Below the pieces are notes generated by a model. That model did not search any database. It worked only from the letters and a program-made list of their open reading frames with translations, and was not told the DNA's origin. A stretch of 54,370 bases of DNA from Vicinamibacterales bacterium (GTDB lineage: Bacteria > Acidobacteriota > Vicinamibacteria > Vicinamibacterales > CAVVIG01), in the NCBI GenBank assembly GCA_040081555.1, contig JBEBGG010000005.1, forward strand, positions 1 through 54,370. Direction: 5' to 3'. A program made the translations under genes and the position numbers. Shown one piece after another: positions 26,037 through 34,524 of this stretch. Positions within the stretch are counted from its first letter, which is position 1; each line of letters starts with the position of its first letter.

Positions 26037-27740
26037 ATGTCTATGCGAAAGCTCGTCGCCGTGACGGTACTAAGCGGACTGCTCGGCGTGGTCGCCCCCT
26101 GCGTGGTCGCAGCGCAGACCACGCCCGCCGAACTGCAGGCCCTCCGCGCGCAGGCGGAGAAGGGTGACCGGGTTGCGCAGCGCAACCTCGGTGAGGCCTA
26201 CGCCACTGGGAAGGGTGTGCCGCAGGATCTCGCCGAAGCGCTTAGGTGGTTCCGCAAAGCCGCCGATCAAGGGCTCGCCGCAGCGCAGCGTGCCCTCGGT
26301 TTCGCCTACGCCTTCGGGCAGGGTGTGCCGCAGGACGACGCGCAGGCGGTCGTGTGGTTTCGCAAAGCGGCCGATCAAGGGGAGGTCTTAGGGCAGTTCA
26401 ACCTCGGTTTGGCCTACGCCGATGGGCAGGGTGTGCCGCAGGACGACAAACAAGCCGTCGAGTGGTTCCGGAAAGCAGCCGATCAAGGGCATGCCGAAGC
26501 GCAGTACGAACTCGGTCGGGCCTCCGCCCAAGGGCGGGGCGCGGGCACCAGGGGCGCCGCCACCGGCAGCTGGTACCCGGACCTCGAGCGGGCGGTCGGG
26601 TGGTATCGCAAAGCGGCCGACCAGGGGCTCTTCCGAGCGCAGTACGAACTCGGTTGGGCGTACGCCGAGGGGCGGGGCGTGCTGCAGGACTACGTCGAAG
26701 GGTACAAGTGGGTCAATCTGGCGGCACGACATCCTGATGTGGAGGAGGCGGACCAGAGGAAGTACACCGGCGCGCTCGCCGCTCTCGCCAAGGCGATGAG
26801 GCCCGCACAGATCGCTGACGCGCAGCAACGCGCTCAGGTGCGGCTCGAAGAGTTGGGGATAGAGCCACCCGATGGCCCCCGCCCGCTGGAAGCGTTTTTG
26901 CGGAAAGAGCCACCCGCCCGTACCGACAACAGCGGCGCGGCTACCGCACTTGGCCAAACGCCTGCGGCGCTCGACCAACTGGAGAAGAACTGCCTTGTGG
27001 GTCAACTCGTGGCGTGTCGTTCCGCCGCCGCCGGCTATGCCGCACGACAAAATGCGGCCGACTACGCTCGCGCAGTCACGTACGATCAGCGAGCGTGTGA
27101 CGGCGGTCTCGCGGATTCGTGCGGTGCGTTGGCTCGAATGTACCGCAACGCGTCGGGGGGCACCAAAGATCTGGCTCGTGCGAATGTGCTCGCCCAGCGT
27201 GCGTGTGACGGTGGTAATGCCGTCGGCTGTGAGGTACTCGGCGACGCCTACAGGACAGGCAAATTGGGCCTGTCGGCGGATCGGTCTCTCGCGCATTCAT
27301 TCTATGAGCGAGGCTGCGAATTGGGAGGCGCGTCCGCCTGCGAACAGTCAGGCGCCATGCACCTTAGCGGGCCGAGCGCAGCAATCGACGCGGCTCAAGC
27401 GAGTGCGGCGTACAGCCGAGCGTGCGAGTTGTCCGACAAGGCCTGCTTTTGGATAGCTTCACAATACCTCGTCGGTGCATGGGGCGTTAAGCAGGACACC
27501 GCCCGTGCCTTGGCGCTATTTCAGAGGAGCTGCGATGCGCGCGATGCGTTCGGGTGTCAAGGCCTCGGCGAGATGTACGAACGCGGCAGGGGCGTAACGA
27601 CTGATCGTGCCAAGGCCGTTGAGATGTATCGACTGGCCTGTAGCTACCCGACGAGCGACGACCCCGCCCATCTCCTCGACGGGCTGCGGCTGCGTAGTCT
27701 GTGTGCGCAGATCGCCGATGGACGTAATCGCAAGCCTTGA
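26037..27740 (+). CDS. Secreted Sel1-like repeat protein
   Basis: 36-aa Sel1 repeats with a 108-bp DNA period (26213, 26321, 26429) in the N-half. Cys-paired HcpA-type repeats (RACDGG..C) in the C-half. Confidence 0.9.
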   Translation: MSMRKLVAVTVLSGLLGVVAPCVVAAQTTPAELQALRAQAEKGDRVAQRNLGEAYATGKGVPQDLAEALRWFRKAADQGLAAAQRALGFAYAFGQGVPQDDAQAVVWFRKAADQGEVLGQFNLGLAYADGQGVPQDDKQAVEWFRKAADQGHAEAQYELGRASAQGRGAGTRGAATGSWYPDLERAVGWYRKAADQGLFRAQYELGWAYAEGRGVLQDYVEGYKWVNLAARHPDVEEADQRKYTGALAALAKAMRPAQIADAQQRAQVRLEELGIEPPDGPRPLEAFLRKEPPARTDNSGAATALGQTPAALDQLEKNCLVGQLVACRSAAAGYAARQNAADYARAVTYDQRACDGGLADSCGALARMYRNASGGTKDLARANVLAQRACDGGNAVGCEVLGDAYRTGKLGLSADRSLAHSFYERGCELGGASACEQSGAMHLSGPSAAIDAAQASAAYSRACELSDKACFWIASQYLVGAWGVKQDTARALALFQRSCDARDAFGCQGLGEMYERGRGVTTDRAKAVEMYRLACSYPTSDDPAHLLDGLRLRSLCAQIADGRNRKP

Positions 27741-27765
27741 GTCTCGTGCGGTTCTGAAGTCCTAT

Positions 27766-27876
27766 TCAATCCCAGATCACCGTGGTCGCGCCCGGCCCAC
27801 AGCCCAGGGCGAGGAGTTCGAGCCCAGGTCGAAGAAGAGGCAGGAGGAAGCCGGCCGAGTTCTCCGCCGTGCGCCA
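27766..27876 (-). pseudogene. Stub of a class I SAM-dependent methyltransferase (N-terminal region)
   Basis: Translates WRTAENSAGFLLPLLRPGLELLALGCGPGATTVIWD*, resembling the WRTAENSA.YLLP.L.PG..LLDVGCGPG family start. Motif I Asp is lost and there is an early stop. Confidence 0.75.
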
Positions 27877-28014
27877 GGGCCGGAGCGCCGGCGCGGCCTC
27901 GTGGAATTCGGCGCACCCGTCGCGTGGATGCAGTCAGGAACTGTTGCAGGCCAGCGGCGGCGCCGGACTCTTCTACTGCTTCGCCATCGACTAGAACACT
28001 CCACGGACGCCAAG
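27876..28014 (+). repeat. 139-bp direct repeat, copy 2 (orphan lectin-gene 3' end)
   Basis: See copy 1. Differences are confined to GCCCACGTGT versus GCGCACCCGT. Confidence 0.97.
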
Positions 28015-28157
28015 AATCATCGCGGACCTTCACGGTTCGAACACGACGGCGTGGTGACGATGGTTGCGGAACTCGCGGGCCAGTGGCCACGACGCGCGTT
28101 CCCGTGCAGCGGCGCGCGGCCGCGAACCGAACAGCGTGCCGAGCGACGACCGGAGGG

Positions 28158-28184
28158 TAAAGCCGGGCGGACGCCAGCCGACTG
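28158..28184 (+). promoter_or_regulatory. Putative sigma-28 (FliA)-type promoter
   Basis: TAAA-N15-GCCGACTG against consensus TAAA-N15-GCCGATAA, just upstream of the HD-GYP gene. Confidence 0.5.
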
Positions 28185-28199
28185 ATTTCTTGGCAGGAT

Positions 28200-29630
28200 A
28201 TGTCTTCTTCGGACGCCGGTGACCCCGGCCTCGTCAAACAATCCGAAGTACTGGCCGGGCTCTCGTACGCGCTCGACCTCACGGAAGGTCAGCGTCCGGG
28301 CCACTCGGTGCGCAGTTGCCTGATCGGCATGCGCCTCGGCGACGTCTTCAATCTGCCGTCGTCGCAGCGCTCGGCGCTCTTCTACGCGTTGCTGATGAAG
28401 GACCTTGGCTGCTCCAGCAACTCGGCGCGCTTTGCCGCGCTCTTCGGCAACAACGACCACGACATCAAGGCCGACATCAAGAACATCGACTGGACGCGCG
28501 CGCTCGACTCGTTCAAGTTCGTCGTCAGGAACGTCGCGCCCGGCCAGTTCTTCCTGAAGCGCACCTGGCGCCTACTCGCCGTGATGGCGCGCGGGCCGGA
28601 AGGGGCACGCGAGGTGGTGCGCACGCGCTGCGAGCGCGGCGCCGACATCGCCACGATGCTCGGGCTGGCAGAGGAAAGCGTGCAGGCGATCCGCGCGCTC
28701 GACGAACACTGGGACGGCATGGGCCAGCCGTACTCGAAGAAGGGCGAAGAGATTCCCCTGCTGGCGCGCATCCTGAATCTGGCGCAGACCTTCGAGGTGT
28801 TCTTCTCGACGCACGGCATCCAGGACGCGTACCACATGGCGGCGGCGCGCCGCGGCACCTGGTTCGACCCGGAGACCGTCGACGCCCTGTTCACCATCCG
28901 GACCACCGATCCGTTCTGGCAGCACGTGGCGGCAAACAGCGACGTCCACGCGCTGGCACAACTCGAGCCGGACGACCAGGTGATCACGGTGGACGAGGAT
29001 CGCCTCGACCTGTTCGCCACGGCGTTTGCGAGGGTGATCGACGCCAAGTCGCCGTGGACCTTCTCGCACTCGAACGGCGTGGCCGACACCGCAGTCGCGC
29101 TCGCCTATCGCCTCGGCTTCACGCCGTCGCAGATTCGCGTCCTTCGCCGATCGGCGCTGCTGCACGACCTCGGCAAGCTCGGCATCTCGAACCTGATTCT
29201 CGACAAGCCCGAAAAGCTCACCAACGACGAATACAAGGCGATGCAGAAGCACACCGAGCACACGGCTGCGATCCTGGCGCGGGTGCCGTGCTTTGCCGCC
29301 TTCGCCGCCGAAGCCGCCGGGCATCACGAGCGCCTCGATGGCCGCGGCTATCACTTCGGGCTGAGGGGCCATCAGATCTCGCTGACCACGCGCATTCTCG
29401 CCGTCGCCGACATCTGCGACGCCTTGCGCGCCTCGCGTCCGTATCGCGCCGGGCTGCCCACCGAGCGCGTGCTCGACATCATCGGCCGAGAGGCCGGCGC
29501 CTCGCTCGACGCCGAGGTGGTGGCCGCCCTGCACTCGGCGCTGCTCGACCCGTCGGTCGACCAGCCGCTCGACGTGCCCGCCGCTCGTCTCGACGTCACT
29601 CTCGAAGAAGACTACAAACAGGCCGCCTAA
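28200..29630 (+). CDS. Tandem HD-GYP domain phosphodiesterase
   Basis: Degenerate first domain (KDLG, EHWDGMGQP) and intact second domain (HDLGK, HHERLDGRGY, ILAVAD, RPYR). Confidence 0.9.
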   Translation: MSSSDAGDPGLVKQSEVLAGLSYALDLTEGQRPGHSVRSCLIGMRLGDVFNLPSSQRSALFYALLMKDLGCSSNSARFAALFGNNDHDIKADIKNIDWTRALDSFKFVVRNVAPGQFFLKRTWRLLAVMARGPEGAREVVRTRCERGADIATMLGLAEESVQAIRALDEHWDGMGQPYSKKGEEIPLLARILNLAQTFEVFFSTHGIQDAYHMAAARRGTWFDPETVDALFTIRTTDPFWQHVAANSDVHALAQLEPDDQVITVDEDRLDLFATAFARVIDAKSPWTFSHSNGVADTAVALAYRLGFTPSQIRVLRRSALLHDLGKLGISNLILDKPEKLTNDEYKAMQKHTEHTAAILARVPCFAAFAAEAAGHHERLDGRGYHFGLRGHQISLTTRILAVADICDALRASRPYRAGLPTERVLDIIGREAGASLDAEVVAALHSALLDPSVDQPLDVPAARLDVTLEEDYKQAA

Positions 29631-29651
29631 GTCGGCAGGAGCAGGTTTCCC

Positions 29652-30581
29652 GTGCACACGCTGTCGTTTCCGGTGGCTGTTCTTGCATTCTCATCGCTCG
29701 CCTTCGCCAACACCGTCGTCGCACAGGCCGTTGCGGGCGCGGCCCCGGCCGCCGAGTCGGCCACCGCCATCGGTGCCACCACGTCATCGGCGTTCGAGAA
29801 CGTCGAGTTCTTCGTCGGACTTGACGGGTCGAAACAGCCACAGGATCTCGGCATCAACGCCAACATGGGCCTGCGCCTGTCGGCAAACGCCGGGTTCCCC
29901 CTCTCGCGGCGCGCCGGGCTTGGCCTGCAGGTCGGCGCGGCCGTGAACTTCTCGGACGCCGCCGTGCACGTGCTCGACCAGATCGACGGCACCAGCCGGC
30001 GGACGCAGCAGTATCTGACGCTCGGACTCTTTCAACAGGGCGTTTCCAAGCTGTCGTGGGCCCTCAGCTACGACTTCCTGCACGAGCACTACTACGACGA
30101 CTTCTCGCTCGGACAGGTCCGCGGACAGGCGGGCTACAACGTCACCCGCATCGATGAACTGGGCGGCTTCGTCACGACAGCGGTCAGCCGCGATCACGGC
30201 ATGATTGGCGAAACGGCGGTGACGCTCGACCCCATCACCCAGGTCGCCGGCTACTTCCGACGCACCTGGCCGACGTCGGCGCGCACGTCGGCGTGGGTCG
30301 GCATCGCGGCCCACCATCACAACGTGGTCCTGGTGTTTCCGGACAACACGCGCGACAAGAACGTCGTCGTCTACGGCGCGCAGCTCGAGATGCCGCTGAG
30401 CAATCGCCTGAGCGTCACCGGTTCGAGCAACTTCATCACGCCGACGGCGACGGGTACGGTCGACGCGTACCTCGGCATCACCTACTATCCGGGCCGAAAA
30501 ACCATGGGCGCACGCGGTCGTTTCTCACCGGTGCTCCCGGTCGGCAACAACCCGGAGTTTCCGGTCGACCTGAGTCGGTAA
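29652..30581 (+). CDS. Secreted/outer-membrane beta-barrel-like protein (possibly DUF6666-like)
   Basis: Signal peptide, GLDGSKQPQDLGINANMG motif and alternating amphipathic beta-strands. Confidence 0.6.
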   Translation: MHTLSFPVAVLAFSSLAFANTVVAQAVAGAAPAAESATAIGATTSSAFENVEFFVGLDGSKQPQDLGINANMGLRLSANAGFPLSRRAGLGLQVGAAVNFSDAAVHVLDQIDGTSRRTQQYLTLGLFQQGVSKLSWALSYDFLHEHYYDDFSLGQVRGQAGYNVTRIDELGGFVTTAVSRDHGMIGETAVTLDPITQVAGYFRRTWPTSARTSAWVGIAAHHHNVVLVFPDNTRDKNVVVYGAQLEMPLSNRLSVTGSSNFITPTATGTVDAYLGITYYPGRKTMGARGRFSPVLPVGNNPEFPVDLSR

Positions 30582-30603
30582 GGCTTACGCGCAGCCCGGG
30601 ACG

Positions 30604-30648
30604 TCAGCCGCCCAGAAACGACAGCAAGTCGGCGTTCAGCTGGTTGCT
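30604..30648 (-). pseudogene. C-terminal stub resembling a non-heme haloperoxidase (alpha/beta hydrolase)
   Basis: Translates SNQLNADLLSFLGG*, similar to the family's terminal helix (QLNADLLAF). Very short. Confidence 0.5.
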
Positions 30649-30711
30649 CAGACCGCCCTGCCTGCCCTGGAGCCAGAAGGCGTCGCTGATACCTCCCGCG
30701 TGATCATCGCT

Positions 30712-30786
30712 TCAATCGCGAGAGAGGTCCTCGTTGAGCAGCGTGATCAGGCGTTCTGGCGTGACGGGGACGGTTCGGTCTGTCAT
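30712..30786 (-). pseudogene. N-terminal stub of a ferritin-like/bacterioferritin protein
   Basis: RBS (GAAAGG) then MTDRTVPVTPERLITLLNEDLSRD*. Matches the LI.LLNEDL.REY first helix and then stops. Confidence 0.65.
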
Positions 30787-30821
30787 TGAATCGCCTTTCG
30801 TGGACAACGACAGACGGTGTC

Positions 30822-30971
30822 TTACCGGCACGTCGGGTGCTGACACCGGCAGCTCAATTCGATCGTGTCCGCCGACTCCTTGCAGTACTCGCTGCAGTAC
30901 TTGCCATAGGCTCCGCCGCTCTTGACCTGACAGATACAGGCTGGATGCGCGCACTTGTTGGGCTCGGTCAT
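30822..30971 (-). CDS. Metallothionein-like Cys-rich small protein (49 aa)
   Basis: AGGAG RBS. MTEPNKCAHPACICQVKSGGAYGKYCSEYCKESADTIELSCRCQHPTCR* has 8 Cys, 2 His and a YCSxxC motif as in SmtA/BmtA-type proteins. Below the ORF-track cutoff. Confidence 0.82.
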   Translation of the reverse strand: MTEPNKCAHPACICQVKSGGAYGKYCSEYCKESADTIELSCRCQHPTCR

Positions 30972-31158
30972 GGTGCTCTCCTGACGCCGTGTCGGCGTAT
31001 GTCCCCACCGCTTTCGGGAGTATCAGGGAACGCCACACCGAGAGGCTGTCTCGTATTGGACAGGACCGAGGAGCGTTGACCACCAACGTGCACCTCGGCA
31101 GGCATGTCTCCGACTGCACAAACCGGTCATCCCTCCGCCACATAGCATGTAAGTCAAC

Positions 31159-31452
31159 ATGACGCCGTTCGAAACATTTGCGGCACGCAAGACGGCGGAG
31201 GCCACAGGCGCCCGCCTACAGCCATTCATCACAGAGTTCGACGACGCCGCTGGAGCGCTCGAGGCCATCGGGAACGAGTGGTCGAGACACATCAGCGGTG
31301 GCGCGTTCTATGCCACACCCTCTCCCGACCCGAGGCGACCAGCCTGCAGTCTGGTCTTCGTGCAATCACTCGACGGGAACACGGGCGCCCACAATCCGTT
31401 CACGCTCGGAGGCGGCGAGACGGACAAGCACGCGATCTACGAAGGGCTTTCT
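31159..31452 (+). pseudogene. Truncated RibD-C/dihydrofolate-reductase-family protein
   Basis: CSLVFVQSLDGNTG...LGGGETDK..IYEGLS is a RibD_C-like start (SLDG motif); the frame then runs into non-homologous Arg-rich sequence. Confidence 0.65.
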
Positions 31453-31483
31453 GGCGTCGAAGATCGACGCGATCGCACGCTAG
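31451..31483 (+). pseudogene. Possible C-terminal stub of pterin-4a-carbinolamine dehydratase
   Basis: LASKIDAIAR* in a different frame, starting at the RibD-like breakpoint. Resembles the PCD terminus (LAAKIDA). Very short. Confidence 0.35.
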
Positions 31484-31601
31484 TCGATCGTCCACGCCGA
31501 CGCAGGGTTCACCGGCTCGCGCTCCGGCGTGGCTCAGGATGCTGCGCCCATCGACAGTCCTCGCGCTGTAGGCCTGGCGCCGGATATCATCGCCGGCGCA
31601 C

Positions 31602-31931
31602 ATGCTGAAACTGATCGTGAACGGGATGGTTGCCGGATTCGTCGTCGTGGGAATCAGCGAACTCGCGCAGCGCTATCCGCGTGTCGCCGAGGTCATCCTT
31701 GCGGTGCCCCTCGTGGTGTTCGCCGTGTATGCCGTCATGTATCTCCGGACGCCAGACCTCGCGCCCATTTCGAGGATGGCCCGGCAGATGCTCATCCTCG
31801 TGCCCCTCAGCCTCACCTTCTTCGTCCCGCTGGCGTTCGCCGACCGGCTTCACCTGACCTTCTGGCCGGCGTTCGCCACCGGCCTCGCCCTCGTCACCGC
31901 GACCGTCACCGCCTACCTCAGGTTCACCTGA
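31602..31931 (+). CDS. DUF3147-like small membrane protein
   Basis: Four hydrophobic segments and a VVGISELAQRYP...ILAVPL motif. Confidence 0.7.
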   Translation: MLKLIVNGMVAGFVVVGISELAQRYPRVAEVILAVPLVVFAVYAVMYLRTPDLAPISRMARQMLILVPLSLTFFVPLAFADRLHLTFWPAFATGLALVTATVTAYLRFT

Positions 31932-32199
31932 GGCGACCTGCGGCCTGCGCAGGATGGCGGGGTTCTCGCACCATTTCACTTGAAGTGAGATAGCCTCACA
32001 TTCACCGTGCCGAAATGCTGACCAGCGAGGCGCGTCGAGTGATGCTGTTTGGTGCTATTTCGTACCGCGAGGAGGCACAAAACTGGGCACACGTGACGTG
32101 GCCCCAGAGTTACCGACGCTGGGGCGGTTCCGTGACCGTGTTAGCGGCCCGCCGACGCTCGCCTGAGGCCTCCGGACACGGCGCCGATACATGATCGCC

Positions 32200-32455
32200 A
32201 GTGGGAGGTGGACCAGCGTGACGGTCCGCTGCACGCTGCCGCCCGCCCGACTCGCGTCGGGGGGCATACAGTATCGACCTGATTACCGCGGTCAGCGGCC
32301 TGCAGTTCCTGGACTATGTCGAGTCGGCACTCGGCTTCGCCGTGGACAGCTCCGCCATCGGCGAGCGGAACTGGATGTTTACCCAGGGCCGGGGGCAGGG
32401 CCACGCCGTCTGGGACGTGACCTTCGCACTGGCCGACACGACCGGGATTGGCTGA
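32200..32455 (+). pseudogene. Frameshifted 3' remnant of a Wzt (ABC polysaccharide exporter) C-terminal domain
   Basis: VTVRCTLPPARLASG, then a frameshift in the G6 run (32259-32264), then AYSIDL...FLDYVESALGFAV...*. The stop is 1 nt before the glf ATG. Confidence 0.6.
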
Positions 32456-32456
32456 C

Positions 32457-33572
32457 ATGCGCGTCGATTATCTGATCGTCGGGAGCGGCCTGACCGGGGC
32501 GGTGATCGCCCGCGCGCTGGCCGACGCCGGCCGCGAGGTGCTGGTGGTGGACCGCCGGCACCACATGGGCGGGAACGTCCACGACCACGCCCACGAGTCC
32601 GGCGTCCGCGTCCACACCTACGGCCCACACTACTTCCGCACGTCGTCCGACCGGGTGTGGGAATTCGCCACCCGTTTCGCCCCGTTCTACAAGTACGAGG
32701 CCGCGCTGCTGTCCGACGTCGCCGGCGAGTTGGTGCAGTGGCCGATCGCCGGCAGCTACATCCGCCGCGTGATCGGGCCGGACTGGTCGCCGGAGTTCAC
32801 CGGCACGCCAAAGAATTTCGAGGAGGCGGCGCTGGCGATCATGCCGCGGGCCGTCTACGAACTGTTCGTGAAGGAGTACAACGAGAAGCAGTGGGGGGTG
32901 CCCGCGACGACCCTCGCCGCCGATCTGTGCAGGCGGTTCGACGTGCGGCACGATGACGAGCCGCGGCTCAAGCCGAACGCCAAGTTCCAGGGCATACCCG
33001 AGCCGGGCTACGCCGAGTGGACCCGCCGCATGCTCGACGGCATCCCCGTGCTGCTGAATTACGACCACCTGAAGGAGCCGGGTCGGATCGCGGCGCGGAA
33101 GTGCCTGGTGTTCACCGGCCCCGTCGACGAGTTCTTTGGGTTCGAACTGGGCCGCCTGGTGTATCGCGGCCAGCGGCGAACGCACCAGTACCGCCCGGAC
33201 GTGGCCGGGTTCGTGCAGCCGTGCGGGCAGGTGAACAACCCGACGCACGCCGGTGGCCCGCACATCCGTACCCTCGAATGGAAACACATGATTCGGCCGG
33301 ACCTGGCCGCCCGCATCGCCGGCACGGTGCTTACCACCGAGGTGCCGTTCACCCCGGACGACCCGACGGACTACGATTACCCGTTTCCGGACCAGCGGAA
33401 CGCCGACCTGTACCGTGAGTACCGTCGCCGCGCCGACGCGCTCGACCGGGTGCTGGTGTGCGGGCGGCTGGGCGAATACCGGTACTACGACATGGATCAG
33501 GCCATCGCGCGGGCCATGACTCTCGCCGAACGCATCTTGAGCGACTCTCTCGAAGGGCACTCGGAGCCATGA
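32457..33572 (+). CDS. glf: UDP-galactopyranose mutase
   Basis: GSGLTG FAD motif, GGNVHD, HTYGPHYFRT, YNEKQWG, YDYP and GRLGEYRYYDMDQAIA. Confidence 0.95.
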   Translation: MRVDYLIVGSGLTGAVIARALADAGREVLVVDRRHHMGGNVHDHAHESGVRVHTYGPHYFRTSSDRVWEFATRFAPFYKYEAALLSDVAGELVQWPIAGSYIRRVIGPDWSPEFTGTPKNFEEAALAIMPRAVYELFVKEYNEKQWGVPATTLAADLCRRFDVRHDDEPRLKPNAKFQGIPEPGYAEWTRRMLDGIPVLLNYDHLKEPGRIAARKCLVFTGPVDEFFGFELGRLVYRGQRRTHQYRPDVAGFVQPCGQVNNPTHAGGPHIRTLEWKHMIRPDLAARIAGTVLTTEVPFTPDDPTDYDYPFPDQRNADLYREYRRRADALDRVLVCGRLGEYRYYDMDQAIARAMTLAERILSDSLEGHSEP

Positions 33573-34471
33573 CCGTCGAACCGCCTGACATCGTCCCGCC
33601 GACGACCAAGCCCGCGACCATCGCGGCGGTGGTGGTAACGTACAACCGGCTGGCACTGCTCCAGGAGTGCGTGGCGGCCCTGCGGGCGCAGACGCGGCCG
33701 CCGGACGAGATCGTCGTGGTGGACAACGGCAGCACGGACGGGACGGCCGACTGGCTGGCCGCGCAGCCGGGCCTGACTGTGGTAACGCAAGCGAACCTGG
33801 GATCGGGCGGCGGGCAACACACTGGAGTCAGGATCGCCTACCTCAAGGGATGCGACTGGTTCTGGTGTATGGACGACGACACCATTCCCGAACCAGACGC
33901 TCTGCGGGCGCTCACCGTCGTGCCGCATTTCAGCGAGCCGACGACGGGAACCCTCAGCAGCTTGGTCCTGGACACGGCCGGGCGGCTATTCGGGTCCAGC
34001 TGGCTCATGCCCCACGAGAGCGCCCGGTGGGCGGATACGATCCTCCACGACCGGTGTCTCGAAGTGAGCGTGGCGACGTTCGTGTCGCTACTCGTCCGCC
34101 GCGCGGCGGTGACGGCCGTCGGACTTCCGGTGAAGGAGTTCTTCCTCGGTGTCGACGACTGGGAATTCACTGCCCGCATCGGTCGCCGCTTCCGGAACTA
34201 CTGTGTGCTCGACAGCCGGGTGATCCACAAGGCCCCGAACCGGCAGTTGCCGCCGGCCGAGCACGCGAGGACTCGCAAGTACTTGCACGGGGTGATGAAC
34301 CAAGCCGCCTGGGTGCGGCTCCAACCGGTCGGGTGGGTGCGGAAAGCGACCCGCCTGGCGTACCAGTTCCTTATCCTGACCCGCCTAGTGGCCTCGGGCA
34401 TGGCCCCGCTCCGCGCCCTCCACTGGTTCGCCAAGGGGCTGACCATGCGGGTGCGGATCGAGTTCCCCTGA
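33569..34471 (+). CDS. GT2 glycosyltransferase (galactofuranosyltransferase-like)
   Basis: ATGA overlap with glf. Motifs AVVVTYNR, VDNGSTDGT, NLGSGGG, WCMDDD and DDWEF. Confidence 0.9.
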   Translation: MTVEPPDIVPPTTKPATIAAVVVTYNRLALLQECVAALRAQTRPPDEIVVVDNGSTDGTADWLAAQPGLTVVTQANLGSGGGQHTGVRIAYLKGCDWFWCMDDDTIPEPDALRALTVVPHFSEPTTGTLSSLVLDTAGRLFGSSWLMPHESARWADTILHDRCLEVSVATFVSLLVRRAAVTAVGLPVKEFFLGVDDWEFTARIGRRFRNYCVLDSRVIHKAPNRQLPPAEHARTRKYLHGVMNQAAWVRLQPVGWVRKATRLAYQFLILTRLVASGMAPLRALHWFAKGLTMRVRIEFP

Positions 34472-34524
34472 TGCCCGTGCGTGACAAGGAGCGAGCGAGA
34501 ATTGCGGTGAAGCTTGGGTTTGGG

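Noticed and set aside
25686-28014. Active diversity-generating retroelement (VR/TR pair)
   Set aside because: The three mismatches are C/G, G/C and T/C rather than at template adenines, the repeat is not AAC-rich, and no reverse transcriptase or Avd gene is in the window.
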